Assembly: GCA_937871925.1 (NCBI GenBank)
Contig: CALMRR010000368.1
Location: 1 to 34,641, forward strand
Length of the DNA stretch: 34,641 bases
Direction: 5' to 3'
From: an uncultured Petrotoga sp.
GTDB taxonomy: Bacteria; Thermotogota; Thermotogae; Petrotogales; Petrotogaceae
Under the pieces are notes generated by a model. The model saw only the letters and a program-made list of their open reading frames with translations, was not told the origin of the DNA and made no database searches. Shown piece after piece: positions 34,602-34,641 of the stretch. The translations under genes were made by a program, and so were the position numbers. Each line of letters begins with the position of its first letter. Position 1 is the stretch's first letter.

Positions 34602-34641
34602 TTACTTTGCTGTTTCTTTTTTAAGCCTGTAAAGTGCACAG
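34602..34641 (-). CDS. 3' end (13 codons) of an unidentified convergent gene entering from the right edge
   Basis: The minus-strand frame reads ...CALYRLKKETAK-stop (stop at 34604-34602), immediately before the terminator palindrome. Too short to identify. Confidence 0.3.
   Translation of the reverse strand, partial: CALYRLKKETAK

Noticed and set aside
1-34641. CRISPR arrays, IS elements/transposases, rRNA genes
   Set aside because: I looked for regularly spaced direct repeats, terminal inverted repeats and transposase- or integrase-like ORFs and saw none. The only repeated DNA is the GTTGAT array, the TTGCA operators and the homologous MCP signalling segments.

Overview
AT-rich bacterial chromosomal segment from a motile anaerobe-type organism; phylum not assigned. 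It holds about 35 genes, and I see no transposase, integrase or CRISPR array. Left to right: (1) a minus-strand peptide/nickel-type ABC importer (binding protein, DppB-like and DppC-like permeases; the last runs off the left edge); (2) MBL-fold hydrolase, HD-domain protein, SagB-type nitroreductase; (3) a secreted LVIVD beta-propeller protein divergent from two tandem paralogs whose C-terminal domain resembles a degenerate lytic transglycosylase; (4) a 460-bp non-coding gap with an array of same-orientation GTTGAT(A) repeats, then a small SHOCT membrane protein; (5) a clear cobalamin riboswitch, a 14-codon leader ORF and a perfect 13-bp terminator hairpin upstream of an acetyl-CoA hydrolase/transferase-family CoA-transferase; (6) an APH-type kinase and a SAM methyltransferase; (7) a translationally coupled four-gene operon, crtN-crtM plus VTE5-like and VTE6/DUF92-like membrane proteins; (8) pepF, tRNA-Asn(GTT), an orphan histidine kinase, a split ThrE exporter pair, tRNA-Arg(CCT); (9) a Cache-type MCP; (10) two coupled small envelope-like ORFs next to a divergent cI/cro-like pair of XRE regulators with three TTGCA operator-like sites, and a TfoX_C protein; (11) hcp preceded by a perfect GTAAC-N4-GTTAC palindrome at about -41.5; (12) two glycosyltransferases plus galT; (13) a second Cache-type MCP broken by a frameshift in its signalling domain. 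All functional calls rest on motifs read by eye; no searches were run. The best candidates for something undescribed are the riboswitch/leader-ORF/terminator unit on a CoA-transferase, the crtNM-prenol-kinase operon, the LVIVD plus SLT-like secreted cluster, the GTTGAT repeat array and the cI/cro-like switch.
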